In this document: positions 1 to 8,388 of the stretch, in pieces
How the letters are laid out: every line of letters starts with the position of its first letter
Numbering within the stretch: the first letter of the stretch is position 1
Assembly: GCA_040382995.1 (NCBI GenBank)
Contig: JBEIEK010000001.1
Coordinates: forward strand, 21,919-85,918
Direction of reading: 5' to 3'
From: Planctomycetaceae bacterium
Lineage (GTDB): Bacteria; Planctomycetota; Planctomycetia; Planctomycetales; Planctomycetaceae
DNA: 64,000 nucleotides
Notes under the pieces: generated by a model
The model's database searches: none
Seen by the model: the letters and a program-made list of their open reading frames with translations, nothing else
Told to the model about the DNA's origin: nothing
Program-made: the position numbers and the translations under genes

Positions 1-38
1 CCTGCCGAGCCGGCATGTGACCCATTGAGGATCCCGAG

Positions 39-590
39 ATGAGAAGACACTCCCTGCTGAACAAAGTTGTCAGCCTTGCCGTCTGCTGCGGCGTGCTGCT
101 CACACAGTCCGCTTTTGCTTTTGACGGTCCCGGCAGTCAAATCGCTCGAGACGTCGAACTTTCCGGCGCAGGGCACCTGTCCGGCACTGTTTGCACGACC
201 GAAGGGCTGCCACTGGTCGGCAAACAGGTGCAATTGAAGTATCAGGGTGCCGTCGTTGCTGAAACCACCAGCGGACGTGATGGCCAGTTTGCGTTTTCCG
301 GCGTTCGGGGTGGCGTTCACGAATTGTGCGTTGACTCCACAGCGTCTCCCGTCCGTCTCTGGAAGCATGGTACTGCCCCGGCAGGAGCCAATCGGAAACT
401 GGCAGTGGCTGTTGGTGACAACATGGTCCGTGGGCAATTCGGCGGTGGCGTTGTTCCTTTCGCCCCAGGGTACGGCTTCATGACCATGGTCAGCCTTACG
501 TCGGTGGCAGTAGCGACCACGGCCATCATCATTGCGGTGGACGCAGATAACGAGGCTGATGACCTGCGTGCTCAGCTTGCATCTCCGTGA
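39..590 (+). CDS. secreted or membrane-anchored protein with carboxypeptidase-regulatory-like beta-sandwich
   Basis: ATG ORF. Signal peptide LLNKVVSLAVCCGVLLTQSAFA. GTVCTTEGLPLVGKQVQLKYQG...SGRDGQFAFSGV resembles the CarboxypepD_reg fold. Hydrophobic C-terminal helix SVAVATTAIIIAV. Confidence 0.5.
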   Translation: MRRHSLLNKVVSLAVCCGVLLTQSAFAFDGPGSQIARDVELSGAGHLSGTVCTTEGLPLVGKQVQLKYQGAVVAETTSGRDGQFAFSGVRGGVHELCVDSTASPVRLWKHGTAPAGANRKLAVAVGDNMVRGQFGGGVVPFAPGYGFMTMVSLTSVAVATTAIIIAVDADNEADDLRAQLASP

Positions 591-887
591 TCTGCCGATC
601 TCTGCTGTCATTCGTCTGAATCAGGCCCGCGAGTCATCCTCGTGGGCTTTTTTCGTTGGCAAATTGCCCTCTTCCCCCGAATTGGCTAACATCTGATCGC
701 GAGCCCCAGGAAGTTTGACGGCAAAGATTGCGTCTGCCTCCTGACCTCCCACCAGCCCGAGGCCCAACCCGAAAATGGATTGTGTCCCGAGCGGCTCGCC
801 CCATACCGCTCCTGCTCCCAACGGGCCTACCGCTCGTGTTCGCAAAGCGAACTCGCTGCCTGGCGTCCGACCGCCCCGCATACCAAT

Positions 888-3800
888 ATGCCCATCAAAG
901 TCGCTCTGTTCCATCAGACTTCCTATCACTACGACCGGCTGATCAGTCTCGGCCCTCAGGTAATTCGGCTCCGACCAGCCCCACACAGTCGCACTCCAAT
1001 CGACGCCTGGTCGCTCAAAGTCGAACCTGCCGGTCACTTCATCAACTGGCAACAGGACCCGTTCGGCAATTACCTCGCCAGACTCGTCTTCCCAGAGAAA
1101 ACCGACCACCTCATCGTCACCGTTGACGTCGTCGCTGACATGACCGTCATCAATCCCTTCGATTTCTTCCTCGAAGGCGAAGCCACTGATTTCCCGTTCA
1201 GCTACTCCGAAGAACTCGCTCAGGACCTCGAACCGTTCCTGCACCCCTGGTCCGATGCCCCGGAACTCCTGCAGTTCCGCCAGACCGTCGATTGCCGTCC
1301 CCGCCGCACCATCGACTTTCTCGTCAGCCTTAACCAGCTCGTTCAGCAGGCTGTCGGTTACACTATCCGGCTCGAACCCGGGGTCCAGACTCCAGCGCAG
1401 ACGCTGCAGAAACGCAGCGGCTCCTGCCGCGACTCCGCATGGCTGCTCGTCCACCTGCTCCGCAGCTTCGGACTTGCCGCACGCTTCGTCTCCGGCTACC
1501 TCATCCAGCTCACCGCCGACCAGCAGCCGCTCGAAGGCCCCGCCGGACCTGCCAGCGATTTCACGGATCTCCACGCCTGGACTGAGGTCTTCCTCCCCGG
1601 TGCCGGCTGGGTTGGTCTCGACCCCACCTCCGGACTGCTTACCGGCGAAGGCCACATTCCCCTCGCCGCCACTCCCGCTCCCCAGTCCGCCGCTCCCATC
1701 TCCGGCTGCGTCGACCCCGCCGAGGTCAGCTTTGACTTCCGCATGAGCATCACGCGGATTCACGAAGACCCCCGCGTCACCAAACCCTTCTCAGATGCCG
1801 ACTGGGAACGCATCGACCGCCTTGGCAGCGAAGTCGACAAACGACTCGCCGCCAGCGATGTCAGACTCACCATGGGCGGCGAACCCACTTTCGTCTCCAT
1901 CGATGACATGGAAGGTGCAGAATGGAATACGGCGGCCGTCGGACCCGCCAAACAGCGACTCTCCGATCAGCTCATTCGCCGCCTGCGTCAGCGGTTCGCA
2001 CCCGGCGCTCTCCTGCACTACGGACAAGGCAAATGGTACCCCGGCGAATCACTCCCCCGCTGGGCCTACACCTGCCTCTGGCGAACTGATGGACAGCCCA
2101 TCTGGAAGAATCCGGAGCTCCTCGCACCACTCCCGGATGCCGCCAACCAACCTGAGCGTTCCAGCAGCCCTGCCGTTGACGAACATCACGCCGCCGACTT
2201 CATGCTCGAACTCGCCCGCCGACTCGATGTCGACGATCGCTGGATCCGACCCGCGTTCGAGGACATGTTTCATCTGCTTGAACTCGAACAGCGACTGCCG
2301 GTCGATGTCGACCCGCGTAAATTTGATCCCGACACCGACGAAGACCGTCGCCGACTCTGCCGCGCACTCGAACGTGGCGTTCGCCGCCCCGCCGGCTTCG
2401 TGCTCCCGCTCAGCCGCGCGTGGTGGCAGTCCAATGCCCGCTGGACCAGTGGCTTCTGGCCGTTTCGGTCCCATCGCCTGTTCCTGATTCCCGGCGATTC
2501 CCCGATTGGACTGCGACTGCCCCTCGAATCTCTCCCCAGCGCCGCTGTTGACGTCCCGCCACTCGATCCATTCGCTGAACGTCCCAGCCTCCCCGGCTGC
2601 GCCGAAATTCGTCGCGCTCCCCAGGAACGCCTCGCCACGACACCCACAGACCCCTCCGCACCCCGACGCCAGACACAGATCCTGCAGCGTCTGGGACTTA
2701 TCGATGACCCCACCGAATCTTCCGACGATTATCCCGGCGGACCGGCATCCGCAGGACCGGTGATCCGCACCGCACTCTGCGTTGAACCTCGCAACGGTCG
2801 CCTGCATGTCTTCATGCCCCCCGTCGGCACTCTCGAAGACTACCTCGACCTCGTCGCCTCCATCGAAGACACCGCCGATCGCCTGCAACTCCCCGTGATC
2901 CTCGAAGGCTACCTGCCCCCACACGATCCCCGCATTCAGGTACTCAAGGTCACACCCGATCCCGGTGTTATCGAAGTCAACGTCCAGCCCGCCTCCAGCT
3001 GGGAACAATTGAAACACATCACCTGCGGACTCTACGACGACGCCCGCCACTGCCGCCTCGGCACGGAAAAGTTTCAGCTCGATGGACGCCATACCGGAAC
3101 CGGTGGCGGCAATCATCTCGTGCTCGGAGCCGCCACGCCGGCCGACAGCCCGTTCCTCCGACGCCCCGATCTGCTCAGGTCGATCATCGGCTTCTGGAAC
3201 AATCACCCGTCGCTCTCCTACCTCTTCTCCAGCCTGTTCATCGGCCCCACCAGCCAGGCCCCGCGTGTCGATGAAGGTCGCACCGATGCCCTGTCTGAAC
3301 TCGAAATTGCCTTCGACCACGTCCCCGAACCCGGCTGTGGCTGGGTCCCCTCGTGGCTCGTTGACCGAATCTTCCGCAACCTCCTCGTCGATCTCACCGG
3401 CAACACCCACCGCGCAGAAATCTGCATCGACAAACTTTACTCCCCAGACCACTCCGCCGGACGACTTGGACTGGTCGAATTCCGCGGCTTCGAAATGCCG
3501 CCGCACGAACGCATGAGCCTCGCCCAGCAGCTGCTCGTTCGCGCTCTCACCGTCGCCTTCTGGGAACAGCCCTTCCGCGAACCCCTCATTCACTGGAAGC
3601 ACGCCATTCACGACCGCTTCCTGCTCCCACACTGCCTCTGGCAGGACCTCGATCAGGTCGTTGGATACCTGCAAAACGCCGGTATCCCCATGGAAACCAG
3701 CTGGTTCGGAGCCCAGTTCGAATTCCGCTGTCCGCTCATCGGCACCTTCACAGCTGCCGGTGTCCACGTCGAAATCCGCCAGGCCCTTGAACCCTGGTAC

Positions 3801-4268
3801 GTACTCGGCGAAGAACCCGGAGGTGGCGGCACCACCCGCTTCGTCGACTCCTCCGTGGAACGCCTGCAGATCAAAGCCACCGGACTGCATGCCTCGCACC
3901 TCAGCATCGCAGTCAATGGTATTCGCGTCCCGCTGCAGCCCGGAACAGCACCCGGCGAATTCATTGGCGGCGTCCGCTACCGTGCATGGTGCCCACCCAG
4001 CTGCCTGCACCCCAATATCGGGGTGCATTCGCCGCTGATCATCGAAGTTGTCGACCGCGTCGCCCGCAGATCACTCGGTGGCTGCCGCTGCCACGTCGAT
4101 CACCCCGGCGGCAACAATCCCTCCGGCTACCCCATCAACGCACTCGCCGCCGAAAGTCGCCGCGCCGCTCGCTTCTTCCGCTTCGGACACTCCCCCGGAC
4201 AACTGGACCTTCGCGAACCACGCACGTCACAGTTCACCCCGTGGACCCTCGACCTGCGAAGACAATGA
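888..4268 (+). CDS. large transglutaminase-family protein (Bact_transglu_N + transglutaminase core + DUF2126-like C-terminal region)
   Basis: Start trimmed to ATG 888 (MPIKVALFHQTSYHYD, the typical family N-terminus). Core motifs GSCRDSAWLLVHLLRSFGLAARFVSGY and DLHAWTEVFLPGAGWVGLDPT supply the Cys, His and Asp. Long conserved-looking C-terminal region. Confidence 0.85.
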   Translation: MPIKVALFHQTSYHYDRLISLGPQVIRLRPAPHSRTPIDAWSLKVEPAGHFINWQQDPFGNYLARLVFPEKTDHLIVTVDVVADMTVINPFDFFLEGEATDFPFSYSEELAQDLEPFLHPWSDAPELLQFRQTVDCRPRRTIDFLVSLNQLVQQAVGYTIRLEPGVQTPAQTLQKRSGSCRDSAWLLVHLLRSFGLAARFVSGYLIQLTADQQPLEGPAGPASDFTDLHAWTEVFLPGAGWVGLDPTSGLLTGEGHIPLAATPAPQSAAPISGCVDPAEVSFDFRMSITRIHEDPRVTKPFSDADWERIDRLGSEVDKRLAASDVRLTMGGEPTFVSIDDMEGAEWNTAAVGPAKQRLSDQLIRRLRQRFAPGALLHYGQGKWYPGESLPRWAYTCLWRTDGQPIWKNPELLAPLPDAANQPERSSSPAVDEHHAADFMLELARRLDVDDRWIRPAFEDMFHLLELEQRLPVDVDPRKFDPDTDEDRRRLCRALERGVRRPAGFVLPLSRAWWQSNARWTSGFWPFRSHRLFLIPGDSPIGLRLPLESLPSAAVDVPPLDPFAERPSLPGCAEIRRAPQERLATTPTDPSAPRRQTQILQRLGLIDDPTESSDDYPGGPASAGPVIRTALCVEPRNGRLHVFMPPVGTLEDYLDLVASIEDTADRLQLPVILEGYLPPHDPRIQVLKVTPDPGVIEVNVQPASSWEQLKHITCGLYDDARHCRLGTEKFQLDGRHTGTGGGNHLVLGAATPADSPFLRRPDLLRSIIGFWNNHPSLSYLFSSLFIGPTSQAPRVDEGRTDALSELEIAFDHVPEPGCGWVPSWLVDRIFRNLLVDLTGNTHRAEICIDKLYSPDHSAGRLGLVEFRGFEMPPHERMSLAQQLLVRALTVAFWEQPFREPLIHWKHAIHDRFLLPHCLWQDLDQVVGYLQNAGIPMETSWFGAQFEFRCPLIGTFTAAGVHVEIRQALEPWYVLGEEPGGGGTTRFVDSSVERLQIKATGLHASHLSIAVNGIRVPLQPGTAPGEFIGGVRYRAWCPPSCLHPNIGVHSPLIIEVVDRVARRSLGGCRCHVDHPGGNNPSGYPINALAAESRRAARFFRFGHSPGQLDLREPRTSQFTPWTLDLRRQ

Positions 4269-4273
4269 ACTCT

Positions 4274-4300
4274 CCCCTCTCCCCTTCCTCGGGAGAGGGG
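4274..4300. terminator. G/C-tract hairpin just after the transglutaminase stop
   Basis: cccctctccc (4274-4283) pairs with gggagagggg (4291-4300) across a 7-nt loop. It starts 6 nt after TGA 4266-4268. No clear U-tract. Confidence 0.35.
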
Positions 4301-4370
4301 CAGGGGGTGAGGGGTGCAACACCACTGCAAAACGAGAGCACAACGGCCATAGTTGCCCTGTTTCCGCCGC

Positions 4371-4411
4371 TCACTTCGCCGCAAACACCTTCAGCGCCGC
4401 TTTCGCCACGC
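4371..4411. repeat. direct repeat, copy 1 (41 bp, identical to 7438-7478)
   Basis: tcacttcgccgcaaacaccttcagcgccgctttcgccacgc is present verbatim at both coordinates. Confidence 0.95.
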
Positions 4412-4458
4412 CAAGGGTTTTTCTGAATCTGACCGGTCGGGTTCTTTTCGGATTCGTC
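4371..4458 (-). pseudogene. frameshifted remnant of the 3' end of a TIM-barrel sugar-phosphate isomerase gene (paralogous to the end of 7438-8283)
   Basis: The minus strand reads ..DESEKNPTGQIQKNP.. versus ..EENEKNPIADIRECH.. in the intact gene. A 1-nt indel follows, then 41 nt identical to the intact gene end including the stop codon. No upstream gene body is present. Confidence 0.7.
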
Positions 4459-4510
4459 CGGCAGTGTTAACATCCTGTCCGAATCTTTTGATGATTATCG
4501 GGCAGCGAAT

Positions 4511-6355
4511 ATGCATGCAGTGAAGTTTCAACTCAATGCGGTAGACGTCCTTGCACGCTGGGTCCTCGATTTGCCAATCCTCGACTGGCAACCTGATGTT
4601 CAGAGGCTTCCGAGGATCACTGTGGTGCTTGCTGAGGGAGTCGCCACAGCTATTGAAGTAACGGGCATTCTTGGACGAGGTGGATTCGGAGTTGTGCTTG
4701 ACGCCACCGATGGAAACCGGCGCCTGGCCGTCAAGCTTCCGTTGCTGAAGGCCATGCAGCCAGGCTACGCTAAAGGTGTGCCGGCTGAGATCGATGCACT
4801 GCTGCGATCGGGAAATTTCCCTGAAGCAGTCCGTCGATTTCAGTCTGAACTGCAGAGCGTCAGGAGTCAATTGCAGGCCGGCCTGTCCACGCCAACAGCG
4901 ATAGCCTTTACAAAGAAATTCAGAAGAGAGTGCATTGCCCTGCAGAGACTGAAACACCCGAACATAGTGCATTTGAGATTTATAGGCGAAATTGACGCTG
5001 TTTTTTCAGGCCCTCACAGAACACTTCTGCCTTGCCTGGCCATGGACATCGTCGACGGGGCCAATCTGCAACAACGAATCATCGGATGCACCCAATCACT
5101 AAAGCAGGAGCTGCCGACGATCCTGAAAGTCTGCCGCGATACAGCACTCGCACTGGCCGCCTTACACGATATGGAACTCTGTCATCGCGATATCAGCTGG
5201 AACAACATTCTGCTCACGCGAGAGCAGGTCCCCGTTCTGATAGACCTCGGCAATGTCAACGATCCGGACGGGGCCGGAGATACGAGGCTGCAGATGTTTG
5301 AGGGAGTCCCGGGGGCTGCCATAGCATACACGCCGGGATTTGTAGCGCCGGAGGTTGTAGAGTCATGGGCACCCAACGAAGCGTCCGATCAATTCTCCCT
5401 CGGCGTCCTGCTTTATGTCTGGTGCCTCCGAGGAGACGTTTGGCCCTACAATCCGAAGCCTGTCGGAAGCTTCATCACCAATAATCCAAACGATCCCAAC
5501 CAACCCATACCGCTCGCAGACAGATTGAAAGCCGAGATTCGAGGAGTACGCAACAGCCCGGATAAGTGGCAACCGGACGAGCTGCAGGGACTTGGTCGAC
5601 TCTCGTCCATTGTCCAGCGCATGCTTAATAAGCAGCACCAGCATCGCTTCCCCTGCATGCGTGATGTGGCAGCTGAGCTACAGTCTCTGCTGATTGACCT
5701 CAAGGTAGAAAGATATTCTCAGTTCGATGATGTGGAACTTCAGCCGGTAGATGACTTTCTGGAACTTTGCCGACAAGTCAGTTTCCAAAGCCCCGGTGCA
5801 GCGCACGGCTGCCTTTTCCTGCAGCTGATGGTCCATCAGGCAAGGCTTCATCTGTCACGCTCCATCAGCCATATCTGGAAAACTCTGTTCAGCACATTTC
5901 ATGGCAGCGCGGATCTGAGCAGCCTTGCAGGAATGCAGACAGCGGTCGAACAAATTGACAAGATGGTTAATGACCTGAACACGGCATTCAGAGACATTCT
6001 CCTGAGCTTTGATAAAGTTCGAAACGACGCATCACTCACTCCACGCTTCGGTGGGCGACTCCGGCAACTCCTCGGACAGGTGCGGAATCACCTGCAGCCG
6101 CTGGTGACTCACAATCGTGAATGCAAAAGATCGCTGAAGGGTATGGTTGCATACACCCAATCCGTTCGGGGTAATGAAGATGTCGACCCGATTCTGCGAC
6201 AGAACGCTTCAAAACACGTGTCACAGCTTTGGGACATTGTCAGTGAGTTGCAGGCAGCACTTGGCGTGAGCGACTATGAATTGGCGCTGTACACCACGCG
6301 ATTGCGAGCCGTGCTGGCAAAAACTCGCACAGGTCACACAGGGAATGGCCGCTGA
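4511..6355 (+). CDS. atypical soluble Hanks-type Ser/Thr protein kinase with a roughly 210-aa helical C-terminal domain
   Basis: G-loop GRGGFGVV. Lys in LAVKLP. alphaC Glu in FRRECIALQRLKHPNIV. Catalytic loop HRDISWNNILL. DLG in place of DFG. FVAPE. SDQFSLGVLLY. No transmembrane or signal segment seen. Confidence 0.8.
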   Translation: MHAVKFQLNAVDVLARWVLDLPILDWQPDVQRLPRITVVLAEGVATAIEVTGILGRGGFGVVLDATDGNRRLAVKLPLLKAMQPGYAKGVPAEIDALLRSGNFPEAVRRFQSELQSVRSQLQAGLSTPTAIAFTKKFRRECIALQRLKHPNIVHLRFIGEIDAVFSGPHRTLLPCLAMDIVDGANLQQRIIGCTQSLKQELPTILKVCRDTALALAALHDMELCHRDISWNNILLTREQVPVLIDLGNVNDPDGAGDTRLQMFEGVPGAAIAYTPGFVAPEVVESWAPNEASDQFSLGVLLYVWCLRGDVWPYNPKPVGSFITNNPNDPNQPIPLADRLKAEIRGVRNSPDKWQPDELQGLGRLSSIVQRMLNKQHQHRFPCMRDVAAELQSLLIDLKVERYSQFDDVELQPVDDFLELCRQVSFQSPGAAHGCLFLQLMVHQARLHLSRSISHIWKTLFSTFHGSADLSSLAGMQTAVEQIDKMVNDLNTAFRDILLSFDKVRNDASLTPRFGGRLRQLLGQVRNHLQPLVTHNRECKRSLKGMVAYTQSVRGNEDVDPILRQNASKHVSQLWDIVSELQAALGVSDYELALYTTRLRAVLAKTRTGHTGNGR

Positions 6356-6382
6356 CGAGGGCAACCTTGTGCCACTCCCCGC

Positions 6383-6976
6383 TTGACTGTAGAACCACTA
6401 CCGCTAAAATTCCTCCTCCCTTCGCGGCTCCTCTCCTTTCCTCATGCAGCAGAACCCAGCCCAGTGAACCAGTCGATGCAAGATGCTCGAAATGCTGGTG
6501 AGTGCTTCTATTTGAAGGTTTTCCTTCAAATACAGGTCGCTGCTCTGGAGTACCTGATCGAGGATTTGTCGATACGGGCCCGCGAATGTCTCAGAGAGAG
6601 GGATTTTACGTTCGCCAAAGCCAGACGTCATCGTCAGGCTTTCGATGAGGCCATCCAGCGGTACCGGCGAATGATTTGGCCAATCGCGACAAGCGGGTTG
6701 GAGATTTCGGTCACGGAACAGGTGGAAAAATCCATCCGCAGCGTCGTTGTCCTCGTACGAAACGAATGCCCAAATGTTGATCCTGCAGATTCTGCCGACG
6801 GCCCCCTTCTTCCAGCGGACTGGAAAGCCCGTCTGAATAAATGTGCCAGTCTCGCCGATAATTTGGCTCGTGATTTGCGGCATTTATTGGACATCGCCAG
6901 TGATCTGCTTTCTCAAAAGGCCGAAATTTCCCGTCGAATCGAAGCATTCGTGCGAGAGATTTCCGCTTCAAGTTGA
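6383..6976 (+). CDS. hypothetical helical protein (island gene 2)
   Basis: The ORF starts at TTG 6383, with an alternative ATG at 6476 (MQDARNAGE). Same strand as the kinase. Charged, helix-rich composition. No family recognised. Confidence 0.5.
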   Translation: MTVEPLPLKFLLPSRLLSFPHAAEPSPVNQSMQDARNAGECFYLKVFLQIQVAALEYLIEDLSIRARECLRERDFTFAKARRHRQAFDEAIQRYRRMIWPIATSGLEISVTEQVEKSIRSVVVLVRNECPNVDPADSADGPLLPADWKARLNKCASLADNLARDLRHLLDIASDLLSQKAEISRRIEAFVREISASS

Positions 6977-7335
6977 TATCCCCCAAACAGGTTTGGATTA
7001 TGAAAGTACTGGGAGATCCTGTCGTAGATACACTCCTGAATGAGTTCCGTGAGGCTGTCAGTCAGCTGGAAAATCAATACCCGCGGCCAAACTCCAATGG
7101 TCAAACGGCTGTCAACCTTGTCAGACACCTCTGCGAACTTTCGCGCGATGTGATGTTTCATCTCGGCCCACCGCGATACGCCGAACTGCAGCAACTCAGG
7201 GACGCAGCCCTTGAGTTTGACCGCGCGATCAACGTTATTCAGCAATACTCCCCTACACCACTGCCCGATTTTTTGGCGGACTACTGCGATAATTTCAGCC
7301 AGCGTGCCGAACAGTGTCGCCAGGGTCTTCGGTGA
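6973..7335 (+). CDS. hypothetical helical protein (island gene 3)
   Basis: TTG 6973 overlaps the preceding stop (TTGA). Alternative ATG at 7000 (MKVLGDPVV). No family recognised. A hairpin follows at 7399-7423. Confidence 0.5.
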   Translation: MISPKQVWIMKVLGDPVVDTLLNEFREAVSQLENQYPRPNSNGQTAVNLVRHLCELSRDVMFHLGPPRYAELQQLRDAALEFDRAINVIQQYSPTPLPDFLADYCDNFSQRAEQCRQGLR

Positions 7336-7398
7336 CCCCCAGAAGTCTGCTCTCGGTGTTTCTCTGATAACCCGAAAAGCACACCACCAGCACTGGAA

Positions 7399-7423
7399 GC
7401 CGCCGAATCGTTGATTCGGCGGC
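7399..7423. terminator. perfect 11-bp stem / 3-nt loop hairpin between convergent genes
   Basis: gccgccgaatc-gtt-gattcggcggc. It lies between the stop of island gene 3 (7335) and the stop of the isomerase gene (7438). Confidence 0.5.
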
Positions 7424-7437
7424 CCCGTTTGCCTCAA

Positions 7438-7478
7438 TCACTTCGCCGCAAACACCTTCAGCGCCGCTTTCGCCACGC
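7438..7478. repeat. direct repeat, copy 2 (41 bp, identical to 4371-4411)
   Basis: Forms the last 13 codons plus the stop of the isomerase gene. Confidence 0.95.
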
Positions 7479-8283
7479 TATGGCATTCCCGAATGTCAGC
7501 AATCGGGTTCTTTTCGTTCTCTTCATACTCCAGCGACAGCGCTCCGTTGGCCGGGAAACCAGCCTGCTGCAACTCCGTAAACACCGCTTCCACGTCCAGA
7601 TGCCCCTTGCCAAGGATCACTCCCCTGGTCTTGTCCTGCATCTCGGCGAAATCCTTCAGGTGGATGCCGTACAGTCGCCCCTTCAGCAGCCGAATGACCT
7701 CGGGACCGCTTTGTCCCGAACGGATGTAGTGCCCCAGATCCGCACAGGCCCCAATCCGCTCATCACGACGCTCGATCACACGCAGCACGTCAATCGCCTT
7801 GTTGTAACGATGCGTCGGACCATGGTTGTGGATCCCCACGCGAATGTCAAACTCCTTCACCAGCTCATCCAGGCTGTCAAACGAATCGAAATCAGGATCC
7901 GCCGTCAGACAGGCAATCCCCAGCTTCTTCGCGAATTCAAACATCTTCCGATTGGCGGCCGCATCCTTCGTAAAGCGGTTCACACCGTGAGCTGAAATCG
8001 ACAGCCCCAGGTCCGTAACCTGCTTGCGAACGGCAGCGATTTCCTCGTCCGAGGCATTCAGGGGCAGCATGCCGCTGTAAAACTCCACAGACTCAAAACC
8101 CAGCTCGCTGGCATATTTCAGCGCCTCGTCCCGCTTGAAACCACGCAGGGAATACAGCTGGATGCCAAGTCTGGGTCGCTCGGCAGATGCGGCAAGGGAC
8201 AGCCGCGGAAACGTTCCGCAGACCGCCATGGTTCCGACAAGCGATGCAGTGTTCAGGAAGGTACGCCGAGATTGAAGCGACAT
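7438..8283 (-). CDS. Tat-exported sugar phosphate isomerase/epimerase (xylose isomerase-like TIM barrel)
   Basis: ATG 8283. Twin-arginine signal MSLQSRRTFLNTASLVG. LGIQLYSLR, ISAHGV and GIHNHG motifs are typical of the AP_endonuc_2/TIM-barrel family. Confidence 0.8.
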   Translation of the reverse strand: MSLQSRRTFLNTASLVGTMAVCGTFPRLSLAASAERPRLGIQLYSLRGFKRDEALKYASELGFESVEFYSGMLPLNASDEEIAAVRKQVTDLGLSISAHGVNRFTKDAAANRKMFEFAKKLGIACLTADPDFDSFDSLDELVKEFDIRVGIHNHGPTHRYNKAIDVLRVIERRDERIGACADLGHYIRSGQSGPEVIRLLKGRLYGIHLKDFAEMQDKTRGVILGKGHLDVEAVFTELQQAGFPANGALSLEYEENEKNPIADIRECHSVAKAALKVFAAK

Positions 8284-8388
8284 CTCTTACTCCGTGTGGG
8301 TGGGCGGGGAAGGTGGGTGGATAAACCTGACGCTCACGAGTCTACAGGGGCAGGGCTGTCAACACAAACAATCTGTTTGGAACGAGTG

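Larger units (their letters stand above)
4412..7437. mobile_element. putative integrated mini-island or insertion cassette bounded by the 41-bp direct repeats, with no recombinase gene
   Basis: Bracketed by perfect direct repeats that duplicate a gene's 3' end. Spot G+C is 52% (4511-4570) and 47% (6901-6960) inside versus 65% (3961-4020) outside. Cargo is three genes of unknown role. Confidence 0.45.

Noticed and set aside
621-4028. Long minus-strand ORFs (621-1763, 380 aa; 2049-4028, 659 aa) antisense to the transglutaminase gene.
   Set aside because: These are typical high-GC shadow ORFs. They are Gly/Ala/Glu/Arg-rich and low-complexity with no motifs. They fully overlap a gene with strong family signatures.
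4391-4972. 193-aa minus-strand ORF spanning the island border and the kinase 5' end.
   Set aside because: It overlaps the motif-supported kinase gene. Its 3' part is just the out-of-frame reading of the duplicated isomerase fragment. No family signal.
4412-7437. Looked for an integrase, transposase, terminal inverted repeats or a tRNA inside or next to the insertion.
   Set aside because: I found none in any frame that I could recognise. I therefore do not call it a self-mobile element, only a repeat-bounded insertion.
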